Positions 50,991-60,006 of a stretch of DNA of 64,000 nt are shown one piece after another. Both the position numbers and the translations under genes were made by a program. How positions within the stretch are numbered: the stretch's first letter is position 1; every line of letters begins with the position of its first letter. Source of the stretch: Bdellovibrionota bacterium (GTDB lineage: Bacteria > Bdellovibrionota_C > UBA2361 > JAAYZI01); assembly GCA_050950765.1 (NCBI GenBank), contig JBMNIF010000003.1:512001-576000 (forward strand), read 5' to 3'. The notes under the pieces are model-generated. The model saw only the letters and a program-made list of their open reading frames with translations. It was not told the origin of the DNA and did no database searches.

Positions 50991-51920
50991 ATGAGCAAAC
51001 CTACTAACACCACACTAATCGGAGTTTTTGTTTTAGGCGGCATCGCCTTACTGATTGCTGCCATAGTTATTTTAGGCAGCGGACGGTTTTTTAGTAATAC
51101 CGTCACCTGTATCGCCTATTTTAACGGTTCCGTTAAAGGGTTGACGATCGGATCTACTGTGCGTTTTCGTGGCGCAGTTATAGGTAAAGTTACCGACATC
51201 CATTTGGAGATCCGTAAGAGTGAAACTGGAGAACCGTTATTACCGGTTACTTTCGATCTCATAACAGAGAAGGTCAATCGCATTGAAGGGAGGACAAACT
51301 CAAAGTCGTACTCACAAGCTGTCAAGGTTATCAAAAACCTTATACAACAAGGTGTCAAAGCCAGCTTAGCGATGGACAGTATCGTAACGGGGCAATTATA
51401 CGTTGATCTGGATTATCATCCGACTACCCCTATCGTATATTTAGGAGAGACACGAGGGTTGCCGGAGATCCCGACCTCCAGATCTCCTTTTGAAAAGATT
51501 AAAGATTCATTACAAGCGTTACCGATTAATGACGTAATCTCCTCTGCCAATGATACGTTAAAAAGTATTGATGAGTTTTTTTCCTCTAAAGATCTATCAG
51601 TAGCTATTAAATCTGTAAATGAACTAACTACGAAAGCAACAGAAAGTTTAAACCTAATAAATAATTTAACTACGGAGACCGAATCAGCAGTAACACAAGC
51701 TACAAAAACCTTAAAGTCGATAGAACGTGCTGCTACAACTCTGCATGATTCAACCAATCCGACCTCGCCCTTAAGATACAAACTAATCTCAACCATGAAT
51801 GAAATTGAGAAAGCTTCACGCAGTTTTCAGATCCTTTCTGATTTCTTACAACGCAACCCCGAAGCGTTGCTGTATGGTAAACACGGAGACAATAAGTTTC
51901 CGCAAGAAAAAAATCGTTAA
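50991..51920 (+). CDS. MlaD/MCE family protein
   Basis: IGVFVL TM; SVKGLTIGSTVRFRG..IG.V; RNPEALLYG. Confidence 0.9.
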   Translation: MSKPTNTTLIGVFVLGGIALLIAAIVILGSGRFFSNTVTCIAYFNGSVKGLTIGSTVRFRGAVIGKVTDIHLEIRKSETGEPLLPVTFDLITEKVNRIEGRTNSKSYSQAVKVIKNLIQQGVKASLAMDSIVTGQLYVDLDYHPTTPIVYLGETRGLPEIPTSRSPFEKIKDSLQALPINDVISSANDTLKSIDEFFSSKDLSVAIKSVNELTTKATESLNLINNLTTETESAVTQATKTLKSIERAATTLHDSTNPTSPLRYKLISTMNEIEKASRSFQILSDFLQRNPEALLYGKHGDNKFPQEKNR

Positions 51921-51947
51921 ATAATATTACATATAAGGACAGAAACA

Positions 51948-52529
51948 ATGACAACTTTTAAGATATTCCTGACTATTTGTTGCGGTTTATTATTGAGTGC
52001 TTGTAGCAGTAAATCTACTCAATCTCAATTTTATATGTTGAACATTGATGTGTCAGACCTTCCGACGGTACAAAGCAAATATACTTCAATCGGAATCGGT
52101 CCTATTGAGGTAGCAACTTATTTGCAGCAATCACAACTTGTCACACAGGAGAGCGACAACAGGTATAAATTAAATGAATTTAATCGTTGGATAGAGCCTT
52201 TAGACGACACCATAACTTCAGCCATGAGCACCGTTTTTGCGCATCAACTCGGCATCAAGCAGGTCTACACCTATCCGTGGCTGGAAGTTAATCCTGACTT
52301 GCACCTAACTATTAAACTACACCGCTTCCACTGTCAGATAAATACTAAACAGTGTGATCTAGTTGCGGCGTGGACACTAAGAAACGGTAAAACGGGTAAA
52401 CAGATTAAGAGTGATTTTGTAACGGAGTCTTTACCGCTATCTAAAAACGATTTTGTTACCGTTGTTGAAACATTGAGTGATCTTCTTAAAAACTTAAGTA
52501 AGAGGATAGTGACCGAGATTCAAGGATAG
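51948..52529 (+). CDS. PqiC-like ABC transport auxiliary lipoprotein
   Basis: Lipobox LSAC; FY.L, GPI...YL, RW.EPL, YPW. Confidence 0.85.
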   Translation: MTTFKIFLTICCGLLLSACSSKSTQSQFYMLNIDVSDLPTVQSKYTSIGIGPIEVATYLQQSQLVTQESDNRYKLNEFNRWIEPLDDTITSAMSTVFAHQLGIKQVYTYPWLEVNPDLHLTIKLHRFHCQINTKQCDLVAAWTLRNGKTGKQIKSDFVTESLPLSKNDFVTVVETLSDLLKNLSKRIVTEIQG

Positions 52530-52536
52530 GTGTAAA

Positions 52537-53151
52537 TTATAGCAACTTCTTTAAAGTTCTGTTGCTTTCAAGTTGAGGTCTAATATCTTTCAGGAGCTCT
52601 TCTGCATTCGGAGCTGCCACAAGAGCGGCTAGGCATCCTTGCACCTTTTTTGTACATCTAATCTCCTTTTTTAAAGCGCGGCACACTACATCTTTATAAA
52701 CTGCTAAGGCTGCATCGCAGTCTACTCCGAGGCACGTCAACGTATAGCCGATGGCAACACGAAAATCAGTTGCAAGCGGTTCTACATAATACTGTCTTCT
52801 TAAACACGGTATTCTTCCAGTTGTATCCAGCAGTTCAATCTGATCTAACAGCGCTCTCCTGACATTATCGGGGCAACTTCCCCCTTGTGATCGCATCTTT
52901 TCTCCTATCGTTTGCATTACCTGCAAAGCGGTTTTAACAACATCCATCGAATAAGCAAAAAGAGGGGGGATAGCAGCACTCAAAGCTTTTGGGTAATCAC
53001 TTTCATTTAAAAGATACTCCAACGCCTCAATTCTAAGATGAGGAGAGGTACGAGGTTTTAGGTCGTCAGCAACTGCTCCGAGTGCAAGACCTGGAAAGAG
53101 TGGAGTTGATGGAGGGTTTCCTTGTGATTGTTCTGTTCTGGGATTATTCAA
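52537..53151 (-). CDS. Hypothetical protein
   Basis: 204-aa ORF; GGGAG upstream of TTG start. Confidence 0.55.
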   Translation of the reverse strand: MNNPRTEQSQGNPPSTPLFPGLALGAVADDLKPRTSPHLRIEALEYLLNESDYPKALSAAIPPLFAYSMDVVKTALQVMQTIGEKMRSQGGSCPDNVRRALLDQIELLDTTGRIPCLRRQYYVEPLATDFRVAIGYTLTCLGVDCDAALAVYKDVVCRALKKEIRCTKKVQGCLAALVAAPNAEELLKDIRPQLESNRTLKKLL

Positions 53152-53339
53152 CGTAGCAACTCCCTCTTACTGCAAAAGATAAGCTTTAAGGTATGCTAAC
53201 CGATTTCAATACATAAAAGTAATATTTTTAGCATATTATAATAAATGATTAAAAATGTTGAAATATTTTTCATTTTTTAGTTAGATTACAACAACCTCAA
53301 CGGGTTCAGCGGTGTTTTTAGCGTTAATTTATTGGAATA

Positions 53340-54704
53340 GTGAAAATGGAAATGAACATTCTTAAAGAGCAAGATCCTGAGATTTATGCAATTATAAAAG
53401 GTGAGGAAGAGAGACAACAAAACAAGTTGTCGATGATCGCATCAGAGAACTTTACATCACCCGCTATTCGTCAAGCGTTGGGCTCCGTCCTCACTCATAA
53501 ATATTCAGAAGGATACTCAGGGGCTCGTTATTACGAAGGTAACGCTTTTATCGATCAACTTGAAGACCTCACCATTGAACGTGCTAAAAAAGCTTTTAAG
53601 TTACCAGAAGATTGGGGTGCTAACGTTCAGACGCTTTCCGGTAGTCCAGCTAACTTAGCCGTTATGTTAGGGCTTTTAGAGCCTGGTGACACTATCTTCG
53701 GTATGTACCTGTCGGACGGAGGTCACCTCTCTCACGGCTGGTCGTATGAGCCGAAGAGTACAAAAAATGACCCGAATGATATGTTATATACAGGGGGAAG
53801 TAGAAAGGTAAATGTTACTTCAAAGTTCTTCCGTGCCTTTCAATACAAAACAGACCCGAAGACGAAGCTTTTTGATTGGGATGCCGTAGAAAAGATGGCT
53901 TTGGAGATTAAGCCTAAATTAATCATCACTGGCGGCACCGCTTATCCGCGTGAGATAGATTATAAACGTGTAAAAGTTATCGCTGATAAGGTCGGAGCGT
54001 ATTACTTAGCAGACATTGCGCATGAAGCAGGATTGGTTGCTGCGGGAGTGAACGCTTCTCCCGTTGGAATTGCAGATGTTGTTACCTTTACAACGCACAA
54101 AACGTTACGTTGTAACCGTGGAGCTATTATCTTAGCCCGCCAAGATCTCCTAAAGAAGATCAATCGCGCTGTCTTTCCTGGATTACAAGGTGGACCTCAT
54201 AACCACAGCATGGCTGGTATCGCTGTCGGATTAAAAGAGACTATGACCCCACAATTCAAAGAGTATGCGGCTCAAGTTGTTAAGAATGCTCAAACGCTTG
54301 CTGCTGAATTGGAAAAACTGGGATTCTCTATCGTTTCTGGCGGTACTGACAAACACCTTGTTTTAATAGATTTAACAAACAAAGGTGTTTTCGGAAGAAA
54401 GTTTGCTCGTGCCTTAGATCATGCTGGTATAGTGGCAAATATGAATACAATGCCGCAAGAGACTCGTCCACCATCTGACCCTTCCGGACTTCGCATCGGC
54501 ACCGCTTGGGTAACCACACGTGGGATGAAGGAAGCTGAGATGAAAACTATCGCCGCTTTTTACAATAAAGTTATGGAGATCATTAAGCAGTGGAACGATC
54601 TTGAGTTTGAGGAGTTTGAAAAAGCAGTTAAAGGTAGTGCCGAGATCGCTGCTATTGCAGCAGATGTTAAAGCACTCTGTGCGAAGTTCCCGTTAAATAT
54701 ATAA
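53340..54704 (+). CDS. glyA: Serine hydroxymethyltransferase
   Basis: IASEN, KYSEGY...RYY, GGHLSHG, TTHKTLR, FPGLQGGP, SGLRIGT. Confidence 0.97.
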   Translation: MKMEMNILKEQDPEIYAIIKGEEERQQNKLSMIASENFTSPAIRQALGSVLTHKYSEGYSGARYYEGNAFIDQLEDLTIERAKKAFKLPEDWGANVQTLSGSPANLAVMLGLLEPGDTIFGMYLSDGGHLSHGWSYEPKSTKNDPNDMLYTGGSRKVNVTSKFFRAFQYKTDPKTKLFDWDAVEKMALEIKPKLIITGGTAYPREIDYKRVKVIADKVGAYYLADIAHEAGLVAAGVNASPVGIADVVTFTTHKTLRCNRGAIILARQDLLKKINRAVFPGLQGGPHNHSMAGIAVGLKETMTPQFKEYAAQVVKNAQTLAAELEKLGFSIVSGGTDKHLVLIDLTNKGVFGRKFARALDHAGIVANMNTMPQETRPPSDPSGLRIGTAWVTTRGMKEAEMKTIAAFYNKVMEIIKQWNDLEFEEFEKAVKGSAEIAAIAADVKALCAKFPLNI

Positions 54705-54833
54705 GTTAGTTATATAATTACAGGATAGTTTTTTAAAAAAGAGGTGGGGGAAAGATATTTTAAATAAAGTTTCTCCTGCCTTTTTAGTTTGAGATATTCT
54801 TAAAAAGTTGTGCTATAAATCAAAATAAAATAT

Positions 54834-55021
54834 TGTCCTAAGTGACGTTCTTTTTAAATCAGGTACGGTAGATTTTTATTAGGCTTCGGTTTAAACAGTG
54901 CTTAAGTTTTTAGTGTTGTTTAAACCGGAAGCTTTAGAGAAAAATGTTTTTCTATTGAATAAGGTTCTATCGTTCGTTAACAAAGTTACAAATCCTCATT
55001 TGCCGTTTGACGGCTAGAAAA
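54834..55021 (+). repeat. Conserved structured leader, copy 1 (candidate cis-regulatory/ncRNA)
   Basis: 54834-54934 is 99/101 identical to 55943-56043; 54992-55021 identical to 56099-56128; several hairpins. Confidence 0.9.
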
Positions 55022-55039
55022 AAAATTGAGGTAAAAAAG

Positions 55040-55648
55040 ATGGACAACCACAAATCCCTTACTCCTCAAGACCTTTTAAGGGAACTTAAAAGTCTTGCAA
55101 TAGAGAAGGAATCGAACAATCGTACAATAATTAACGGTCATGACGATTGTTCGATACTTGACGCAGCAGAATTGGAGGGTGTTACTGCGATACCTGACGC
55201 AGCAGAATGCGAGGGTGTTACAACAGTCTACTCTTTTCAGGGAAAGGTACAACCTAGGCTTGTTGCTCTTTTAGGAAATCCTTGTAGAAAGTCTTATGAT
55301 GCCTTTCGAGATAAGCTTGCATGTCGCGACGGATTCCCTAAAGGTCTTTCGCCTGTGGACGTGTTGGCTTCGTCGCTCAGTTTCAACGAGGGCTTTCCAG
55401 CGCTCCGTAGAGCGATAGATGAAGCGATGGCGGAAGACTATTGTCTAAGGGAATCCTTCCCAATTCCAGCTCACCTTAAGATGCATGTCAACACAATCAC
55501 GGGGAAGATTAACGCTTCAAAAGATCTGGTGTCGAAAAATCTTCTGAAGATCATCCCTGCCAGTCAACTAGACGACTTCCTCTATGGCTGCTTCGTCAAT
55601 GTACGAAAAATATACGCCTACTTAAAACTCGGTCTCATATTCCCCTAG
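55040..55648 (+). CDS. Orphan protein A1 (202 aa), distant paralog of A2
   Basis: GAGG RBS plus ATG 55040; KVQPRLVALLGNP…FPAL…LLKIIP…DFL. Confidence 0.7.
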   Translation: MDNHKSLTPQDLLRELKSLAIEKESNNRTIINGHDDCSILDAAELEGVTAIPDAAECEGVTTVYSFQGKVQPRLVALLGNPCRKSYDAFRDKLACRDGFPKGLSPVDVLASSLSFNEGFPALRRAIDEAMAEDYCLRESFPIPAHLKMHVNTITGKINASKDLVSKNLLKIIPASQLDDFLYGCFVNVRKIYAYLKLGLIFP

Positions 55649-55729
55649 CGTGGTTCTTTATGTTGGCTTCTCATGTAATGAATAGCAACTAGGAACCCCC
55701 TTGCGGAGCCGAACACTGCGAGTATAAAT

Positions 55730-55779
55730 CCGAGAGGTTTTTTAGATTAAGGTTTTACCTTCTTCGAAAAGCTTCTCGG
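55730..55779 (+). terminator. 3' hairpin of cassette A1
   Basis: CCGAGAGGTTTT…AAAAGCTTCTCGG. Confidence 0.65.
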
Positions 55780-55813
55780 TTTCGCCTATTATCTAAAAAC
55801 ACTAATAAAAATC

Positions 55814-55852
55814 ATACCAATTCAGCAAATGTTGCTGATGCTTCTTTGGCTA
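55814..55852. repeat. 39-bp exact duplicate of ybaK 3' end (57194-57232)
   Basis: ATACCAATTCAGCAAATGTTGCTGATGCTTCTTTGGCTA at both sites. Confidence 0.93.
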
Positions 55853-55942
55853 AAGCTTTTAAAAAATCTTTCAATTAATTGGAACACTCTTTTGAGTTGC
55901 AATAAAAATCAACATAGAATAGCATCTAAAGCGTTTCTGATA

Positions 55943-56128
55943 TGTCCTAAGTGACGTTCTTTTTAAATCAGGTACGGTAGATTTTTATTGGGCTTCGGTT
56001 CAAACAGTGCTTAAGTTTTTAGTGTTGTTTAAACCGGAAGCTTAAAAGAAAGAAATTTCTTACTACGGTTTTATCGTTACTGTTAACGAAAACTATTGAT
56101 CCTCATTTGCCGTTTGACGGCTAGAAAA
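55943..56128 (+). repeat. Conserved structured leader, copy 2
   Basis: See copy 1; preceded by TTGAGT-N17-TAGAAT (55892-55920), a sigma70-like promoter. Confidence 0.9.
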
Positions 56129-56137
56129 GGAACCAGA

Positions 56138-56776
56138 GTGACAAGTGAACTTAACGCTCTCTCGGATCGTGAAGCTCGTTTGAAACTTTTGGAGGAGCGT
56201 CGGCACCAAGAAAAAAGGTTCCTTAGGAACCTTGACAATTGGTTCAAACGCATCGAACAGGGCAGGAAAAAGAACGCTAAACGCGCTCGGAGTAAGGGAA
56301 AGAACACTAAACATAAACCACTTGCTCTTTCGCAAAAGATGCAGGATAGGCTTGTTGAACTTCTCGAAGAACCTTCTAAAGGATGGTATACTGAAATTCG
56401 AAAGATCCTTGCCAATCCATCTCGTTTAGAGATTTTCGCCGCCGCACTCGATCCGAAAAAATTCCCAACGCTCTACGAAAAGATAAAAAAATCTTCTTTG
56501 TGGAACGCGAATTCGGGTGAATCAACTGAGGAGAATGGATTAAATTATCATAAAATCCATTCCTGCGTAATAAGTAACGCGGAGAGGTGGTCGAGACACC
56601 TTTTGGGGAGTATCCCTTCAGGTAAGCGATGCGATTTTATGTGCCTCCTTGTCGTAGAATGGAAACATTACTACCTAGACGTTCTATCTTCTCTCTTGCG
56701 GAAGTATGAAAACCCAAACACTAAAGCGTTAATCGAGCGTGCGCTTGCTAGAACTAGGAGCTCTTTACTGAGCTAA
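56138..56776 (+). CDS. Orphan protein A2 (212 aa), basic N-terminus
   Basis: AAGGA RBS plus GTG 56138; KMQDRLVELLEEP…FPTL…LLGSIP…DFM. Confidence 0.7.
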   Translation: MTSELNALSDREARLKLLEERRHQEKRFLRNLDNWFKRIEQGRKKNAKRARSKGKNTKHKPLALSQKMQDRLVELLEEPSKGWYTEIRKILANPSRLEIFAAALDPKKFPTLYEKIKKSSLWNANSGESTEENGLNYHKIHSCVISNAERWSRHLLGSIPSGKRCDFMCLLVVEWKHYYLDVLSSLLRKYENPNTKALIERALARTRSSLLS

Positions 56777-56785
56777 GCAAATTGA

Positions 56786-56833
56786 GGATCGAGAAGGTTT
56801 TGTTGAGAAATGCTTTCGAAAGCTTCTCGGTCC
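56786..56833 (+). terminator. 3' hairpin of cassette A2
   Basis: GGATCGAGAAG…CTTCTCGGTCC; related to 55730-55779. Confidence 0.65.
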
Positions 56834-57191
56834 CAGTTTAAAAAAAGCCTAATAAAGATCATATTTGCCTGTCTCTGATCAAACCAAAACTTTTCCCCTT
56901 TACGTATGTTAAGAGGTGATATCCTCCATTATTAAGACGTAACTCCTTTCTTTTATCTCGATATTTTTTTGCCCAATTAGGGAGATTTTTACTTTCTTTT
57001 TCATACCTAAATACGTATGCCAAAACAGCAGAACAGTTAACCCCTTTTATCACTAATTTTTAAAAGATCTCTATCAGTTATAACAATATTGCTATTTTAT
57101 AGTTACGTAAATTACAGAAAAGTTTTGTGCTAAAAGGAAGGCAAAAGCGAAGCTCTTCCTTAACTTCCTAACGGAGAAATCAAAACAAAGC

Positions 57192-57653
57192 CTATACCAA
57201 TTCAGCAAATGTTGCTGATGCTTCTTTGGCTAGATCTTTTGCTGCTATTCGGATCTGTAAGCCACGTTGTCCTGCACTAACAACGATCCACTCAAAATTA
57301 TTGGCGGTGTTATCAATAAAAACTGGTAGCCGTTTCTTACTACCCAGCGGAGAACAACCCCCTTTTAAATACCCCGTTAAACGTTGCATCTCACTAATAG
57401 CCGCTAAATCACACCTCTTACACCCCCAAACAGTAGCAACCTTTTTTAAGTTCAACTCATGCTCAGAAGAGAGGAGCGCCATCGCAAATTCTTTTTTATC
57501 ACTCTCCAAAACTAAAGTTTTAAAAACTTGCGCAGCAGGTATCTCCAACTTTTCAACAACTTCCTGCGCTGTAAAGTCAACCGCCTTAAAAGATAATACT
57601 TCAAAAGCACACTTGGCTTTAGTCAAAATCTCAATAGCTTGCGTCTGTTTCAT
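57192..57653 (-). CDS. ybaK: Cys-tRNA(Pro) deacylase YbaK/EbsC
   Basis: VFKTLV, TGYLKGGCSPLG, VSAGQRG. Confidence 0.92.
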   Translation of the reverse strand: MKQTQAIEILTKAKCAFEVLSFKAVDFTAQEVVEKLEIPAAQVFKTLVLESDKKEFAMALLSSEHELNLKKVATVWGCKRCDLAAISEMQRLTGYLKGGCSPLGSKKRLPVFIDNTANNFEWIVVSAGQRGLQIRIAAKDLAKEASATFAELV

Positions 57654-57684
57654 AACACTTACTAAAACAGGAAGAGTTTTTTCC

Positions 57685-57767
57685 CACCACTTCTAAACTC
57701 CTTCCTTATTAAAGAAATAACCTTTTCCTCACCACTTCCAAGCTCCCCCCTTATTAAAAAAATAACT
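57685..57767. repeat. 45-bp-period tandem duplication
   Basis: CACCACTTCyAArCTCCyyCCTTATTAAArAAATAAC at 57685 and 57730. Confidence 0.8.
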
Positions 57768-57773
57768 TCTTCA

Positions 57774-57801
57774 AAAAAGCCCCCACTAAATGGAGGCTTT
57801 T
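57774..57801 (-). terminator. Terminator after slipin gene
   Basis: AAAAAGCCCCCA-CTAAA-TGGAGGCTTTT. Confidence 0.6.
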
Positions 57802-57809
57802 ACTATTTT

Positions 57810-58568
57810 TTAGTTATTATTATTACCGTTACCACCAAAAGCTTTTAGGAACTCAAGTGGTATCGGGAAGAGGATGACAGAGTTCTGTTCAGTTGAAATC
57901 TGACGCAACGTCTCAAGATAACGTAGCTGTAATGTCAACGGCTCCTCTCCCATAATAGCGGCAGCATCTCGTAACTTTTCAGAAGCTTGGTACTCACCTT
58001 CTGATTGAATGATTTTGGAGCGTCTTTCACGTTCTGCTTCTGCCTGTTTTGCCATAGCACGTTGCATCTCTTGCGGCAGATCAATATGTTTCAACTCCAC
58101 TAAGGAGACCTTGATACCCCACGGATCTGTCTGATCATCAACGATCTTTTGAATGCGTAAATTAAGCTCTTCCCTCTTTGTAAGTAACTCATCCAATTCA
58201 GCTTCACCACAAACACTACGTAACGTTGTTTGCGCCAACTGACTTGTTGCATAGTGATAATCCATAACTTGTACAATAGCTTTATTAGCATCTACCACAC
58301 GATAATACAGAACAGCATTAACCTTAACAGAGACATTATCTCTCGTAATAACATCTTGAGGCGGCACATCCAGAGTTATGGTACGTTGATCAACTCTAAC
58401 CAATTTTTGAATCCCTGGAATAATAATACGGATACCCGCCTTTCTCGGTGTAGGTTCAAGCTTACCTAAAGTAAAAACTACCCCTCTCTCATACTCCTTC
58501 AATATGAAACAGGCACTTTTTAAAATAAAAGCGACACCGATAATTACTGCTGCCCATAACTCTATCAT
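57810..58568 (-). CDS. Slipin/SPFH (band 7) family protein
   Basis: [45 protein letters not shown]. Confidence 0.93.
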   Translation of the reverse strand: MIELWAAVIIGVAFILKSACFILKEYERGVVFTLGKLEPTPRKAGIRIIIPGIQKLVRVDQRTITLDVPPQDVITRDNVSVKVNAVLYYRVVDANKAIVQVMDYHYATSQLAQTTLRSVCGEAELDELLTKREELNLRIQKIVDDQTDPWGIKVSLVELKHIDLPQEMQRAMAKQAEAERERRSKIIQSEGEYQASEKLRDAAAIMGEEPLTLQLRYLETLRQISTEQNSVILFPIPLEFLKAFGGNGNNNN

Positions 58569-58655
58569 CTTTCCCCTCCATATATTTAAAACTTAACTAC
58601 AACTGACGTTCTCTAGTAAAAGAAGAGCACTAACAGAACAAAAAAACTCTCCCTC

Positions 58656-60002
58656 TTAGATCTTCTCTACTTTTAATACGAGCCCATCTTGCACACCTAC
58701 AACTTTAATAAGATCATCTTTTGATATCTCGGCAGAAGACTCACTCTTCACACTATTCCAATACTCCCCGTTAACAAAGACTCTGCCATTAGTAGAAAAA
58801 TCAGTGACCGCTCTGCCCTTCAGCCCTAACATCTCCTCTTTCCCTGTTTGCCCTTTAGTGCCACTCACCTTTAAGAGCTCATAAACAACCCAAACTAACA
58901 AAAGGGTAGTTAAAAGAGCTAACACTATAACAAACCACGGTGTTACACCTATCCCTGGTGCCATAGATTCATCCACTAAATAGATAGCTCCAAATACCAT
59001 AGCGATCACTCCACCGATTCCCAATATTCCAGATGTCACATACGCTTCTGCACCAAGCAAGAGCCCGCCCACTATAATCAACAACACACCAGCACTACTA
59101 ACGGGGATAATTTGACTCACGCCTAATGCTAAAAAGAGACAAACGATTCCAACCACTCCTGGAAAAATCGCACCTGGATGATACAACTCAAGCGCTAAGC
59201 CTGTTGTTGCCGCAAACCATAATAACGCTAAAATGTTCGGATTCCCTAACGAGTTTAAGACCCGCTCTTTAAAAGATTCTGAATAGGTTACCCTCTTTAA
59301 TTTTGAGAAGTCACCCAAGATTACTTTTTTACCACCGACAACAACCTCTCGACCTTTTATCTTTAATAGAAGGTCATCAAGATCCGTTGCTATCAGGTCT
59401 ATCACTTTTAATTTTAAAGCCTCCGCTGGCGTAATAGAACTACTGTCTTTTATAGATTTCTCTGCCCACTCCGCATTTCGTCCGCGCTGATCTGCAATAG
59501 ACTTTACCATAGCAACTGTAATATTTTCCGTTTTTACACGGAGATCTCCGCCGATATCCTTACCATCTCCCTGCACGGGGTGTGCAGCGCCCATACTTGT
59601 CCCTGGTGCCATTGCTGCAACATGTGCAGCCAGTGTAATAAACGTTCCGGCTGATGCCGCCATAGCACCACTCGGTGCGACATAGACTACAACAGGCACA
59701 GGAGATTTAAAGATCGTTTGCACCATCTCCTGCGTTGTATTTAAAACACCACCTGGGGTATCAAGAACCACAACAACTACGGCGGCGTTATCCTTTGCAG
59801 CTTTTAAGATCCCCCTTTCTAAATACGCCTGAGTACCTGGAAGGATCATCATCTTCATCGGGAGAATAACTACACTCTGTTCTTCCGAAGCCGTCTCCTG
59901 TTGTATATCAGATTCAACAACACCTTGCGCTAACGCTAACGGTGTTACAAAGAAAGAGAAAAGGGCGACCCCCAAAAGGTATACCTGAATTATTTTTTTC
60001 AT
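58656..60002 (-). CDS. nfeD: NfeD family membrane-bound serine protease
   Basis: LDTPGG, AASAG, APGTSMGAAHPV, RGRN, G.V.V.GEYW; adjacent to slipin. Confidence 0.92.
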   Translation of the reverse strand: MKKIIQVYLLGVALFSFFVTPLALAQGVVESDIQQETASEEQSVVILPMKMMILPGTQAYLERGILKAAKDNAAVVVVVLDTPGGVLNTTQEMVQTIFKSPVPVVVYVAPSGAMAASAGTFITLAAHVAAMAPGTSMGAAHPVQGDGKDIGGDLRVKTENITVAMVKSIADQRGRNAEWAEKSIKDSSSITPAEALKLKVIDLIATDLDDLLLKIKGREVVVGGKKVILGDFSKLKRVTYSESFKERVLNSLGNPNILALLWFAATTGLALELYHPGAIFPGVVGIVCLFLALGVSQIIPVSSAGVLLIIVGGLLLGAEAYVTSGILGIGGVIAMVFGAIYLVDESMAPGIGVTPWFVIVLALLTTLLLVWVVYELLKVSGTKGQTGKEEMLGLKGRAVTDFSTNGRVFVNGEYWNSVKSESSAEISKDDLIKVVGVQDGLVLKVEKI

Positions 60003-60006
60003 CCGA

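Noticed and set aside
53151..53340. Riboswitch upstream of glyA (also checked purE and thrS leaders)
   Set aside because: No recognisable ZTP, glycine, purine or T-box consensus by eye; an Rfam scan would be decisive
55040..56776. Cassette proteins as TnpB/IscB, reverse transcriptase or recombinase
   Set aside because: No RuvC, zinc-finger, YxDD or tyrosine/serine recombinase motifs recognisable
55730..56833. 3' hairpins as integron attC sites
   Set aside because: No RYYYAAC/GTTRRRY core boxes at the hairpin ends; no integron integrase seen
56859..57053. 64-aa minus-strand ORF after cassette 2
   Set aside because: Non-ATG start, no RBS, overlaps the cassette trailer; not supportable, though an antisense transcript is not excluded
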